Source of the DNA: Iphione sp. A-MEVVRFRX5
Lineage: Eukaryota
Length of the DNA: 64,000 nucleotides
Reading direction: 5' to 3'
Assembly (NCBI GenBank): GCA_976226885.1
Contig: OZ320318.1
Coordinates: 68,262,001-68,326,000, forward strand
In this document: piece by piece, positions 50,529 to 64,000 of the stretch
Layout: each line of letters begins with the position of its first letter
Numbering within the stretch: the first letter of the stretch is position 1
The notes under the pieces: generated by a model
The model's database searches: none
What the model was told of the DNA's origin: nothing
What the model saw: the letters and a program-made list of their open reading frames with translations, nothing else
Made by a program: the position numbers and the translations under genes

Positions 50529-52104
50529 CTTTGCTTAGCATGACTATCTTCCTATCATTAAGAAGGGGGATGGTCCCCCGATGGGAGAATGGAGATGGCT
50601 ATAATTAACCCGTTTTGTTTAATTTGCCAACTCTGGAGAGCTCCAGATTTATACCTTAGCTTCTACTTTTTCTCATCCGTTACAGTTATATTGTGACGTC
50701 AAATTGTTACTGAAAATACAACCATCTCAACTGAAGGTTACTTTAATGGGTTCGGTTCTGATGAAGCTTCTTAGATATTTGTTGTTGTGTATTCCGGGGC
50801 CATGGTGCACAGTCCAAATTGGTCTAAGGTGCAATTCAGTTTGGCTTTATTCTGCTTTCTACACACGCAGGTTCCCAAAGGGAACACTCTGATAGTGTGT
50901 TATCTAAGCCTTCTGTTCAGTTATATCCAATGTTCTGTGACGAAGGTCTTATCTTTAGTTTTCAGGTGATATTTTACCCTAGGTAAATGAAATTGTAAAT
51001 TTGGCCTCTAACATAGTATACTGAGTTCCTGCTTTTACTGTTTGCATTTATTATCGATGTTCATTTTCTTTTGTTTGTGTTACTATGACTTCATTATGGC
51101 TTATTTCAAGGGAGTATATCAAATCTAGGGTCGCTATTACATGAGATTCCAACACTGCGTGGTACAAATGAATATGTCTGTAATGAAAAGGGTGCTGGAA
51201 TACAGAGTTTCCTTACATTGAATTGTCCTTTTTTGAACCACGTAAATTCCGTTGGGATAGTGAAAGCACTGGAATAGAGAGGCGTTGGAATAGCCAGGTT
51301 TCCCTGAATATTACATAAACATTTGACCCCTTCTCAGGGGTAATATTTATATCCATGGGAAGGAGCATGGCCTGGCTAATTTTGCATGATCGCATCAAGA
51401 TATTTGTACTGGACTTGCCACTTACAAAATAATCGGCTGATCATTATCATTGTATTATTTAGAATAAATAGTGAATGTGTTCACTGGTCAATGTGTCTGG
51501 CATCGGTAGTGTCTGGTCTTATGGCTGATAGTCTGACTAATACATCCAATTTTTCAATCGTTGATGTGTCCTTTGTCCGATATGGTGTGTTTCACGTGTC
51601 CTACTTTTGATGTGTACTATCCCGTGTTATGTGCCTGGTCAATTTATCTATAACATTGATGGGTGACTGGACAGATAGACAACTATACAGGACATATTGA
51701 CCTGATGACTGGAACCAGTGCCCTGGTGCAAAGCAATGCAGGACACATAGGTATATCCCGGTCTATATATGCTATTACAGAAAATCTTTAGTGGTGTAAT
51801 CCTCTTTGTATGTGTATCAGTTCTAGTCTGCGGAGCAGTGATTACACGATAAAATGGACAAGGGGCCCCAGGCCCCAAGTGCATTATAGAGTGTGAGCTG
51901 GTCTGAGGATTTGAATTAATTTAAACCACTCCCCCTCCAAACTGAGCAATTGGGTGCAGTCAAGAAGAATTGGTCCACTGGGTCAATAGACGAGGTCGCC
52001 TTCATGCCCCCCTTCTCTACCCCACCCTTCACTCACCCCTTAATTGTGTGACAATGTAGGAGTCTCATGCCAGAGCACACACACACACACTCACTTATAC
52101 ATCT

Positions 52105-52402
52105 CAGTTTAGAAGGTTTTTGTGCAATTTGGGATCAGTTTAGAAGGTTTTTGTGTTATTTGGGATCATGTAAAATATTATCTAATTTGTATACCATTTG
52201 CATTAAAAAACTCAGTTTACACAGATTTGCACAGAATTCCTTGAGATCTATGAAAAACTTCGTAGTTTTCACAGATTTGAACAGAATTCCTTGAGATCTG
52301 CACAAAAAATGCAAATTTTATGCAGATTTGGACAGAATTCCCTGAGAACTATGCAAAAAAATCTCACATTTTACACAAATTTGGACAGAATCCTTTAAGA
52401 TC
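52105..52402. repeat. Adjacent minisatellites: 31 bp x2, then ~51-52 bp x4
   Basis: CAGTTTAGAAGGTTTTTGTG at 52105 and 52136. CA.ATTTG.ACAGAAT at ~52221, 52272, 52324 and 52376. Confidence 0.85.
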
Positions 52403-52468
52403 AGTGTCACCCAACCTGTCACCTAGTCTGTCACCACACCTGTCACCCTATAAATGAAACAATGTGTA

Positions 52469-52640
52469 GCCTCTGTGGTGCAGTGGATAAGAGTGCTGGA
52501 CAAACAGTTAGTGTAGATCTGTGTGGGTTCGAGTCCCATCAGGAACACCCTGGCCTGATTTAATCTCACTTGGCAAAACAACCTCATTCCAGAACAGAGT
52601 ATCAACTGGACGATTACAGGATATAATGTACTCGGGGGGA
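52469..52640 (+). mobile_element. tRNA-derived SINE
   Basis: A box TGGTGCAGTGG (52475-52486) and B box GGTTCGAGTCC (52526-52536). The anticodon arm does not fold, and tRNA-unrelated sequence follows. The 3' boundary is approximate. Confidence 0.75.
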
Positions 52641-52699
52641 TGGTAGGAACATAGAGAGAAACAGGTGGCAGGGGGTAGTTTAAAGAAACTTACTGTATA

Positions 52700-53300
52700 G
52701 AATGTTTTTTTTTCTGTTTTGTTCCAAGTTCACGAAGTTGTAGTAAACGGTATTTTGTTGCTATTGATGTACTTTTTATTTGGAAGTTTTACTCATTATT
52801 GAATCGAAATTGTTTTCTTGGATTAATTAATCTGAGTAGACATACTAAGGAAGATTCACTCGGGTAGTGCTCATGTGCTAAGATTTCAAAATCTCGAATT
52901 TCTTTTATCACTTCAATGTCACTTTTGCTGGATATTTTGGTGTCCAGGGAGTGCATGTCTTGTGTCACTTATGCTTCATTTTTGCGTATCTGAAGGCTAT
53001 CATTTATGTTGACGAGATCTTCGGCGTCATTGATGTACGATATTGTTTTGTTTTTTGTACTAAAATATTCGTAGTCCACGAATATTAGGATCCTTTCACT
53101 TTGGCAACCATTGGCAAAGATGAGACGAATATTCTGTCGATATAATTCCTAGAATAAATTCCATAACATTGTCTTTGACTAATTCTTGAACATTTTCTCA
53201 TTTCTTTGCAGATCTGTGTAATTCTAAAATGGCCAATGCTCTTCTTTGTGCATGGCGTATGTAGATTGATTAGATTCAGTAATATAATGCCATCTTTTGG
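52700..53300 (-). mobile_element. Penelope-like element reverse transcriptase fragment
   Basis: Frameshifted translation IFVDY...SYINDAEDL...VTQDMHSLDTKI...IEVIKKF and LLRL...QFRFNNE*NFQIKSTSIATK. Compare FVD..L, SYI.DT.DF, LVT.DV.SLYTNI and F.FN...Y.Q..GTAMG. Confidence 0.7.
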
Positions 53301-56054
53301 GATCCTTGCACTCATGAATTCTGTCATTCCTCCCTTTTCACTGTTATGATGTCTCTGATATTTCTCATGGAGGTGATTAATTCCTCCTTTTCTCCCTAAT
53401 ATTCTTCTTACAAGGAAGCCTGCCCTCAGGTTTTTAGCAGAGTCAGTCATGTGGTAACTGTTGATTCCAGAAGGTCATTAACTGTTGTAGTGCAGCTTAG
53501 CAAAACAGACATTAAAGTTTCATGTAAATATGGATGAGGTTCACTTCTATAATGGCGGTATATGTAACTGTTTTGTAATCATATCATTTTTATTCACTAG
53601 CCAATTTTCTCCATGAGATTAAGCATCAGTTGGATTTTCCTTAGATTTAGAAGGGAGTCATCTATTGATTCTAACCCCCATAAATTATTGATATTTCTCA
53701 TGATGTGAGTGCCATTTCTCCACATATCTTTCCTTTATGCTTGTCTTTGTAAGATGAATCCCTTTCTTTTTTGGGCCAGGTTTTCTCTATCTTCTAATTC
53801 CCAATACTCCTTAGACTGAAATTCTCAATATTTTTATCAGACACATTCCAGAAGACATTGCATGCCTTGCATAGATTATGCTTTTATTTTGTTGTTGGTG
53901 TTTCTATAGGAATAGGGAAACATTGCCACTATGACCTGGTCCGCTTGCCGGTGTTAGTGGCATTATCTGTACACAGCACATTTTGGATTATCGCTCTACT
54001 TTGAATTTGAGTTAAGCACCCTATATACTTCAGTCGTAAATTGATATCTTTATTCTGATTTCTAGATACGTTGCATGATAATCGCTGGTGTCTTTGAAGC
54101 TTTACATCCCAGATTTTACTGTTCTCATAACATTCTAAAATAGCTTACTGAATTGTTTTAATGACGTTAGAATTGAACGTTTGCTTGATATTTTGCTAAC
54201 CCTCACGTTTTATTTTTAGATGGTTTAGTTAACAGTTATCTGTTAAGAAAGCATCATCTGAAATAAGGAATACAACGTTTTCCTTACTAAAGAATGAGCA
54301 TTTCGTCATTGCAGATCACCATGAGAAGTTATGCTCTAACTTCACTGCGCATTATTCATTACCTATCTTAAAATGATTTTTTATCATGCTTGATCATCCG
54401 CAGACTCCTTTTCAAGCAGCCATGCTTAACAGTCATAGCAATTAGAATGTCTTAGGCTCAGTTGGAAGCACGTGTGATTCATGAAATGATATGAAATAAC
54501 AAATATATCATATAAATTATGCTTAAATGAATTTTCGTAGTTCATGGAATCAACCAGTGTTGCCAAGAAGGAGTATGCTTCCTTCTTTTTACCACCTTTT
54601 ACTCCATACCGTTTGCTTCTAGACAATCTGTCTTCGAAATTCATCAGTGTCTTATTGCAAAACTGGCTTTGAAAGCATTCTTAGAACATTATTAAATGCT
54701 TGCCGAGAAAATAATTTTAGAGGTGTCTATAAACATGTTTCACTACTGGTTAGTAACTTGGTTATACTTTTTTATGTTCAATTTGTCATTTTTCAAATTT
54801 GTTCCAGATCCAACTTAGATGTTTAATCATAGCAAAAATCTGAATGTAAGATTGATTCATTGTAACATGAAGATCTTCCAATTTAGGTCTTCCGTACCGA
54901 TGTTTCATTCCAAGTTATGATAATAAAGAGAAGCATATGTGATGCATTGTCATTGTCACTATTCACCATGAACAACATTTTTTGCATTCTTCAGTTTTAT
55001 GCAGGGTATCCATTTACCCAAAGTTTCATATTGCGTGAATAAAGCATGTCAAAAGGCACGACAGGGGGATATATGTGGTGCAGCATTGTTCGACAGTGCG
55101 CTGCATAGTCCAAGATCCAGGATTTGTGATTGCCTTTTCCAGGCCTGATTCTCCAGATCATACTGTGTAGTAGGTGAACTACATAATATCACTGATGGTT
55201 ATTTTTTAATTTGTGGTAGTATTTTTATCCTTGATTATGTAACCCAATTAAGAGCTCTAGTATATAAGAGGATGAGTTTTAGTGAATAAGCAGACGCGCA
55301 CTCTCTCCCTGTACTTCATGAAAGAGCACACCCAGGCACCACTGATTTGGTGCACTTGGAGCGATCCAGATATTTTGTGCTAGACATCCTTTTTTGCCTC
55401 ATAATTGTGCAAGGACCTGCAACATTCAGAGCTCCATATTTAAGAGACATCATACAAATAAATTATGTGGATAAGCACGTAAGGTAGATTCAAATATGAG
55501 ATGTATGATAAACATGAAGAGGAAGTATGAACAAGTAAGTTTACAAGTATATGTTCCCTTTACCCATACCCGAACCCTATCTTAATCCAATGAGCCGGGG
55601 ATATCCTCCGTGCTGATTCATCACAAAGTTTGGGAACCATCACCTTATATACCGCACTACATTTTTACATTACCGTACCATTTACACAGAGGGATTTATT
55701 ATTCCTTTTGAAATCTACCCCTATGCTGTGTGGTAAAAATATACGTGTATACATGTACATGTATATCTATATTGTGTGTAACTTTCTAAAACACATACAA
55801 AATTAGAGGGTGGGCCACTGAGGCTGAGAGGGTCTAGAAATGGTCCAGCAGTGTCAAAAGAACGGGAATTTTCACCTTCCTCAGCACGACTACTGAATAC
55901 GTTGTTGAACGATTGCAGATCCCTTGCCTCTGTGAGGTGCGACCTAGTTGTGGGTCTGCCAGCTGTTCTTCCATGACTAAATGTAGGATTGTTGGTTGTT
56001 ATGGTCAACCTATGGATCTCCCCATGGTGAATATGTTTGGCAGTCTTTGGCAGC

Positions 56055-56124
56055 GTTTCTGCTCACTATTTATAACATGGTTTCGACGGGTAGTCTCATC
56101 AGGGACATTTAAGTGGAGTGAAAC
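56055..56124 (-). ncRNA. Hammerhead-ribozyme-like motif in the Penelope-like 3' / pseudo-LTR region
   Basis: The minus strand reads CTGATGA-GAC(TACCC)GTC-GAAAC-CAT-GTT, giving an intact core, a 3-bp stem II and a minimal stem III with palindromic CATG. Proximal stem I does not pair. Confidence 0.55.
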
Positions 56125-56229
56125 ACTTCAAGGTCGAATGTATCTTTTGACTTTTAAAGTTATCTATGATTGTCAAAACCTTTCTCATTTTTAAAAACAA
56201 TAGGGTAAAGGATTTTTCTATGATGAGGC

Positions 56230-56620
56230 TATTTCAACCTTGGCTGTATTCTCCATCTAAGATATTTGATCTGGTGGGAGAGACAGTTCTTAGTGTATGG
56301 ATCCATTTCCTTTCTAACGTATTTCTTGACGTCTTTGCATTTTCTTGATTTGGTGGTAGGTGTATGAATTCTGTCATTGATATTTCGATGCCTTCATGTC
56401 CATTATATTCGACAGTAGCATATATATGTAATGAACCTATTACTTGATGATTTTTTTAGTTGTTTCTACACTTGCATCTGCAGTTTGGACGTCATCATCG
56501 CACTCACTATGACGAATTATGTCCTCATTAACCTGTATGGCCTAGGACTACCGGTATATCGTGGATTAATAGTTCAGTATGGAAGACTATCAAGACCTTA
56601 CATTTCCTGTTAAAAATCCC
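56230..56620 (-). mobile_element. Penelope-like GIY-YIG endonuclease C-terminal fragment
   Basis: SVETTKKSSSNRF (cf. YVGET.R.L..RF) and YNGH...IHL...RNTLERKWIHTLRTVSP (cf. H.N..GH...R...E..WI..L.T..P.GLN). Confidence 0.7.
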
Positions 56621-58394
56621 AAGATTTTGCATCTATGACCTCGTTTTTTTCCAGTGTTTTATCTGTGAGAAAGCGTTCATCCATAGTCCCCCCTTAACAC
56701 ATGACTTTATAACGAACAACACTGGTAATCCCATTGACTTCAGGGGAACCAACTAAATATGTTTCCACAACGAACACTTCCCATGTAACATACAAAATCT
56801 CACATATCCAAAAGTGTCGAGAGACCACTGTACTTGCTATAAACATGATAAGTTCAGTATAGTATGCAGGGGCAACTTGCAATCTCTGCCATGGGGTTTT
56901 CCCTGCCCATAAACACAGCCTGCACAACTTTGCTGTTGTGTTGACACTTTGCATTCTAGTAGATAGCTCCATTTGTTGGGGTTACATTGTCCTTCATGTG
57001 ATTATATTTGTGTGTCATTTACCGATCGGGGGTTGTTCTTACATAATTGTTGACTCCCATTAAAAGTCTCTAATTTTATTTATTTCTATTGTTGGTCTAT
57101 TACCCTCTCCATCCCCATTTTTACTTGGTCTCCTCCTATCAATAGAGCTGAAGGCCTGTGCGTTTCGCTCCGCCTATGTACCAGGATACAGTGAGGTTAC
57201 TGTACGTTACGTGGTTATGGTAAACGAGCATGTACCAAACAAGTACATTTTCCTATACCAAAACAAAATGGTGTACAGCGTGCCAACTCAACACTTCTAG
57301 GAGCATATGACACCGAACAGAATGTATCTCTGCAGAAATATGAGTCTACCTTATATATCTTTAAAGGACAAACTGACCTGGCTGCTATCAATCACTGCAT
57401 AATGCCATTCTTTCCTCATAATTCAATTTCGATTAGGCCCTAGAAAGTAGTGTTTGAATGACCTTAACATTCTTACGTGCCTCTTGTATTAAGAATTGTT
57501 TTTTAAATACTTGCTATATGCATTACAATTTTTCGCTTTAGAATTTACACATATGTTTCTTACTTTAACAGATTTCTAGAGTTTTTTAAAGTAAATTCTG
57601 TCCATAAATTATTTAAATACACATTTTAGTGTAGAATATGTTTCTAGAGGTAAGCAATCAATAAAGCTCTATGCAGATATCTTTGGAACACAGGTGGAAA
57701 CGGTGTAAAACTTGGTCCTCTATCATTATTCTTGGGTGGAGTAAATAGAAAACCATTCATCCAGAATGAGGCCACAAGACGTGACCTCGTATTTGTCCTT
57801 ATCCAAACACTCAACTGGTTTTCTCTTAATACCAATCGTTTCATTGTGTTCGTTTGTGCTTACCTGACTCATCTGGTGGTTTCACGATTCAGCCATCAGT
57901 GTGGGTCAATGGTACTCCTTGTGTTGGTATGTGTAAGAGTTGTCCATAGAAAGGTGTGTATGGTTGCGTCTACTTCTGCTATGGCGTTAAAGCCCCACCC
58001 CATTCCTATAGATGTGTGACCCTAACCATAGTGAGTGCAAAGATTTCTTTTTATTAGGTTAGATAGCCATGAGATTTAGGTAAAAGGGGCTTTAGTCAAT
58101 CTCCAAGGTTATGGTGTTGACGGCAAATATAGGGCCTGTACTCATTATATGTGAGTGAGTGAGAGTTACCATGTATCAAGTCTAGTACATAAAAGGTGAC
58201 ATCCTGCAGACTGGTCAAAACCCTCATTTAAGAGAGTGGTAGCAAAGCGGGTACCATATTGAATTATATGCTATAGAAAAATGTAACGTTGGTTCTGTAA
58301 ATGTTGGTTCTGCAGTCTGACTTTGGTGTGGCCTATATATTGTTTGCTGCATCACTTGCATGTGATGCAGTTCAAAAGGCTGCAGCTTTTTTAT

Positions 58395-58499
58395 ATGATA
58401 ATGACCTTGACCATGTCTGACTAGTCTATAATTGTACTTCTAATCATATGATAATGACCATGACCATGTTTTACTAGTCTGTGATTGTACTTCTAATCC
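58395..58499. repeat. 53-bp tandem duplication (diverged)
   Basis: ATGATAATGACC.TGACCATGT...ACTAGTCT.T.ATTGTACTTCTAATC at 58395 and 58448. Confidence 0.9.
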
Positions 58500-60049
58500 T
58501 CTCCTTTTTATCCACTTTGGGACACTGTCTACAAAGGTCACAATAGCATTTCTGCCTTGGTGTACATGCATTCCTACCCATATTCGTGTGAGCACTCTGT
58601 CCTGTTGCAATGGGGATGTCTCCTCATACCTGTACCCTTGCATTTTGTTTGGTGTGCACTAGGATATCATTTAAATGTTTGGTTTGCCTGTGTGTAAAAG
58701 AGATGGGGTTTGTCATACCAGCCCATGCCAGGTTTTCCTAAGAATGTATCATAATTATGGTACCCCAGGCTAAGGTTTGTGACTATGATTTACATCTGTT
58801 GGTGCTGTGGTGTGATGAGGATGCATGATCAGGGTGTCTTCTCAAGGGAATGTACAGGATTGTCAGAACTGTATATGTGAAGTTGGTGCCTGGGTGAAAG
58901 GTGTTAGGAAATTTAGGAAACGTTCCAACGTGCCTCTTCACTGTCTAGATCATGAAGATGTTATATAATATACTGACGCTTACTTTTAATATGTATCCTG
59001 ATCATCGACTTATGGAATACTCAGGGCACACTGCAAAAGGCAGTTGTTACTATGTGGTATCAGAATAATTTGCGTTACAGCAGGACCAACATTAGGAGGT
59101 CGACATCCTAAAGATCCTAGACATGTGAGCTGTTATGCCGTTTATAAGGGGACTGCTCTTATACAGTTATAGCTGAGGGGAGCACACTTAAAGTACATAG
59201 GTGCCGCCCCCAAGTGGGTAGCTATGGCACCTTGCCATCAAACACTGTGTATTTAGAATGTCTATTTTCCTGTCTTTATATTTCTCTATTTCCTGTTTGC
59301 ACTCTACTCCTAAATACTGTGCGTTAAATTTTGTCATCTAGTTATAATAACTTTATACTGAGATATTTAAAAGAAACATTTTACACTGCATTACTGAGGT
59401 TATCACGCTTATGATAGAATCTCATCTAATATCATGCAAGAGTCGAAGGCGACATGTTTCAACCAGGTTTCTGCAATAGAAAAGCTCCCAATATGATACT
59501 GCAGTACTAGATGGGTTCAATCGTATTCTCAAGGGCACTATGAAGATATTATATGTAGATTTCCAAATTAAAGGTTTTAAATGTACGGTCTTGGTGGCAA
59601 GAGTATATTTTGACCTATGTTTTTTTTTATGGCATTAACCTATAAAGTTGTAGTTGTAAGCTGAGATATATAGGTAGGTCAGACATTGGAACTAGAATCA
59701 CATGGATAAAATGTGAAAGGAATACATGTGCAATATCCGTTCCCTGCAATGTGTCCCTCCCTGAAAATCACTGCTACTCACGATCTTCTCCCATTTTAAC
59801 TGTTCATCCTAAACACTTCTTCAGCCTGGCCTCATTCTTTAGGTTAATTCTTCATTTTAAGACATTCTCTTCCCCCAGGTGACAATGCAGGTTCTCTAGC
59901 CAGCACACACTTCAACCAGTCCTTTTTGTACTGGCACATGCACTATCTACCTTTAATCGTGTTATAGCTAAAAAAAATATTTTCACTATCTTTGCGAACT
60001 CAATAGAAAAATGGGACAAATTTGACCTGCACAGAAAGATATTTCGCAA

Positions 60050-60300
60050 TTCTGAACAGGAATTATATGACCGAAGTCCGCAGTGAGCTGTGAATGTATA
60101 ATCATGTTCACGCTTACTCCTTTATAGAACAGTTGTAGCTCAATTCTTTCTAATTTGACATTGATATTTTTATAAACTCTATTCCAGCTTCTATAGGAAG
60201 CTTTATCAGCATAAATCCATATTAATGGGCACAGAGTAATGTAAGTGCTAGCAACAGATAATCTAAATCGTAGCATATTTGTAAGTATCATTGGCATGGA
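60050..60300 (-). mobile_element. Possible LINE RT fragment
   Basis: WIYADKASYRS...INVKLERI resembles LYADDT.LY.S...L...L..I. Confidence 0.35.
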
Positions 60301-61099
60301 AATGTACAGATAAAGTCAGTTGATAGTTGTTGACTTTCTTTTACCAACGTTTTCTAGCACATGCCACGTTCATGCAATGTTTGGGACTCCTGAGGAAGTT
60401 TGCTATGATTAATCCCCTAACAATGATTGTTGGGACATGGTCAAAGGACTAACATACGGGTATAGAATATAACGCAGAATGTTATTGGCTTTCACCATAG
60501 CAATATCATGGATACTTGATTCAAAAGTTTCGAAGATTAATGCAATGAAAGTACAGATATCAATGACTGGTAGTCACTATCCAAATATGAAGTGTGCAGT
60601 TATCAAGATGACATGTGCTTAATTACATGTGAAATGGTAAAGAAATCCAACTTGGTGCTGTTTAAGTTCCATGTCAACAAGAAAGGCGGTCACATGATTT
60701 CAAACGGCCTGGCTCATTTTTTATGGTGTCATGTGGTGCTTATTTACATAATACACAAGGTAATATTAGAATCTCAACATCAAAAAATGAATATAAATTA
60801 GTATAATTTACAATTCATCAACACAATATAATATTTGGAATCTCGAAGGCTACGATTACCTATCATTTAAGGGGTACATGGAGAGCGAAGACAGTGCAGT
60901 TACACGACCACAGGAGGTGAATGAATTGTAGCAGTGCATTCTTGGGAAAACAATTAGCGATAGATAAGCTATGCCCATATGGAAAAAAAGTAGAGGGTTG
61001 GTGGTAAAAGTAGGCTTCGTTACAGATTTGAGTGAGTTAATAGCTGATAGAAAGCATTACTTGAAAAAGATTAAGACAAACGGCGAGATAGATGACGAA

Positions 61100-62700
61100 T
61101 GAATATTTCTACATAAGCAATGTAAAATGTTCACCAATTTGGACAAAAAATATTTAAAACGGGAAAAATCCGAAGCAGATGTGGATTAATATGCACGGTA
61201 TAACACGTGGCAGGGATGAGACTTAACAATTGTAAATGGCGGTGAGGAAGTACCTGCAAAAGATTGCCAGATTTCGTCAACAACTTCTTTATTGATGCAG
61301 TGGAGGGGCTTGCAGAGAAAATCAACAGGCAGTCCAGTAAGTATACGAAGGTGAGTACTGGAGATAAAGTAAGTAAAGCTTTTACTCAGTCAGAGGTAAT
61401 TAAAGCCATTTCTGAAATGAAACAAGAACATGCAAGTCGAGTAATGTCACTGGACTACTTAGTAGTTTTATTTTAGAGTTGTTAAAAATAATGATTTGCT
61501 TCGTGACTAATCTGTGCAATAGCACCAGAAATACGGGACCTTATGTACAAAGCTGGAAGGTGGGGAGTGTAGTACCAGTACCGAAAGAGAAAAAGAGAGC
61601 TGAAATAAAAAAAAATATTACAGGCCTATAACTGTGCTTCCCTTACCGGGGAAGATAGTGTAGAAATTACTAATCAACAACATAGAGAGCCACCTACGTG
61701 ACTTTGGATTTGGGAAAGGCTACCAACATGGTTTTCAAAAGGGAAGATCTAATAAGCCGGCAGTAGGGGAATCTTACAAATTGCCATTCAGGAACTCCAA
61801 AATAAGGTAGCAATTCTCACACTAGATCTCTCTACGCCATTTGATTTAGTAAATAGGGCAATACTGACTTAGATTGTTGTTAAAGCAGCCTTGGCTCAGG
61901 ATCTGTTAGAAATGCTAGACAGCTGTTTCCATGACAGATATCAATATGTGATAATAAACAGTATCAGATCTCGACAGGTACAATCGAACCATGGGGTGGC
62001 ACAAGGTGTCCCTATTGGGACCGATCAGTTTCAGTATAATGACCAAGGATGTAGGCTCGAATCTAAAACAGGGAATATACCCTGTCCTTTATGCAGATGA
62101 TGTAAAACTTGTGATAACAGCCAAAACTAAAGCTGTTTGAAGTTAAAAAACTAGAGGCATACAGATCAGTAATGAATTGGTGTAATGAAACAAGAGTTCG
62201 TGATTAACCATCAGAAGAGTGGCCTAGGCCTACTCGAGACTCGACACACTGATATTATCAGCATTAATATGAACCCTAAGGTGACACTAGATTTCACAAT
62301 ACAGCACAATCTGAAATGGAATATGTTAACAAAGCACGCCTGTGATAAATAAACCAGATCTTATACAGCTTGGAGAAGGCCAGAAACAAAATTTCTATGG
62401 CAGTCAGAGAAAATCTGTACATTTGTGTCCTGGTAATTGATTACGAGGGTACCTTTTTGTTTGAACAAGGAGCTTCCAAAATGATACGCATAGGAAACAG
62501 CTGCAGAAAGGCACATCTCCGAATTACAGGTCAAAAACTTAACGACCACTCAGGTGTAGCCTCTTTAGAGGCTAGAGTGAATGGTGCATCAATGTGCCTA
62601 ATACATTATATGCACCTGCTAAGTTTAACACGTGATCTATCAAAAACACATAGAGGTAGGAGTATAAGGTCGACTGAAAACTCGAAAAATTCTGTGAAAC
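61100..62700 (+). mobile_element. Decayed CR1/L2-group LINE ORF2 (RT domain and C-terminus)
   Basis: FVNNFFID, WKVGSVVPVPK, YRPITVLPLPGKI, QHGFQKG, LDLSTPFDLVN, HGVAQGVPIG and LYADDVKL occur in order across frames. ORF 62370..62960 continues this region. Confidence 0.85.
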
Positions 62701-64000
62701 ATATTAGGTGTTCATTAAAAGCCAACGTGTGCTGTAACAATTATCCTATGCACATCGGCACATGCAAAACCATGAGTAGGGTTATGAATTACTGCTGTAA
62801 TGAATACTGTGGTCATATATATAAAACGACTAACTTACTAACTTGTATGTGTAACACCCTTATTGTACATAATCACCTTCTCATTAATGTCTCTCCCAGA
62901 GAAAACTTAATAAAATATACAAATTTAAGTATTGTGGCAGAATCCTCTCCACTTGAATGAAGGTTCCTGCAGAATAATGAGACTTGAATCCCAATTACTC
63001 AGACTCGAGCAAAGTACAGCTTAGTCTTGAGGCAATATTTGAGGATCTTCCAGCTCAATTTGGAGGAAATAATTAAGGTAAAGGTAAGAGGTGTTAATCA
63101 CTGCTAAACTTAAGTTTGATTATGTAACTATGACTCTTTCTAGAGCCAACTTTCTGTGTATTAAGGCCAAGTTCTGGTTGAATAAACAGACACTCTCTCA
63201 TTGTACTTGAAGAGAATAACAACGAAAAACTTTTCTATCTGGATGATCTTATTTCAAGGTCATCAGTCATCGTAGCAGGCTCACATTACAATATACATCC
63301 TACACTTTTGGTGTGGAAGTTTTAACCCTTTTGTCTGAGACTGATGTGGTTAAACTGCCTCATCAAAGGTCAGGATCCATGCTTACACCCTTAGTCCATC
63401 TCCTTAAATGTACACGTAAATAGCACGTAAAATGTTCAAGTCGAAAGCTTGGAATAAAAGGATTAGTCAGCACCGATGACTGTACATTTTATATAACAAG
63501 TCACTGTCGTAAAGTATAATAATTAATAGCAACTGAACTAATTAGCAACACTCTAAAGTGCAATTTAAATATGGCATACATGTCTCAATGACAAGACAGT
63601 GATACATATGTGCTTAATCTAATGGACTGAACCACGGCCTCAGCCCAAATCAATTGTCTCAACATGACCACAAAAGGTTACGGCCAATTTCCTTACGTGC
63701 ATTAATACAGTGGATTTGCTTTGCATTTACATTAGGTTTGCATTGCATTTTCATTATATTTTGACAAACTCACATAATGAATTTAAGGAAAATCATTCAT
63801 GCATTGTATTTGCATAAATCCCTTTGCAAAGCTTATAGTGTGATGTAAATCCATAGAAAGGCATGATGTAGCTTAATACAACGCAGGACAACTCAGGTTT
63901 CCAGTTTAGTTGATGTTTATCTCAAAAGAGTAAAGTCTTCAGAGCTCTTGGAAAAGATCAAGATTATTATATACCAATAGTTCATGAGCCTTGAGTACAC

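Noticed and set aside
52469-52545. Functional tRNA gene
   Set aside because: A and B boxes are present but the cloverleaf and anticodon arm do not form and no terminator follows, so it is treated as a SINE head.
62370-62960. 196-aa ORF as an independent host gene
   Set aside because: It directly continues the decayed LINE RT on the same strand and has no splice or domain evidence.
63252-63270. Minus-strand CTGATGA-CCTT-GAAA as a hammerhead
   Set aside because: Only 4 non-pairing bases separate the boxes, so stem II cannot form.

Overview
This is eukaryotic, AT-rich genomic DNA, probably from an invertebrate animal (inferred from spliceosomal introns, microsatellites and the transposon repertoire). 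It contains one 129-N assembly gap. Only one host gene is well supported: a KCNMB-like (BK-channel beta / CaKB family) gene on the + strand with two coding exons (33794-34249 and 36745-37074, about 261 aa) and an unusual Cys/His-rich N-terminus. Most other recognisable sequence is decayed mobile DNA. This includes three or more Ty3/Gypsy remnants, two with long uncharacterised accessory ORFs downstream of pol, a PHD-finger Mutator-like transposon, and a probable Academ-like transposase. It also includes Penelope-like pieces with a hammerhead-ribozyme core, several LINE fragments, LTR-like segments, MITEs, a tRNA-derived SINE and tandem repeats. No rRNA, intact tRNA or CRISPR array was found. 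All protein assignments come from motif recognition by eye, not database searches, and many transposon boundaries are approximate.
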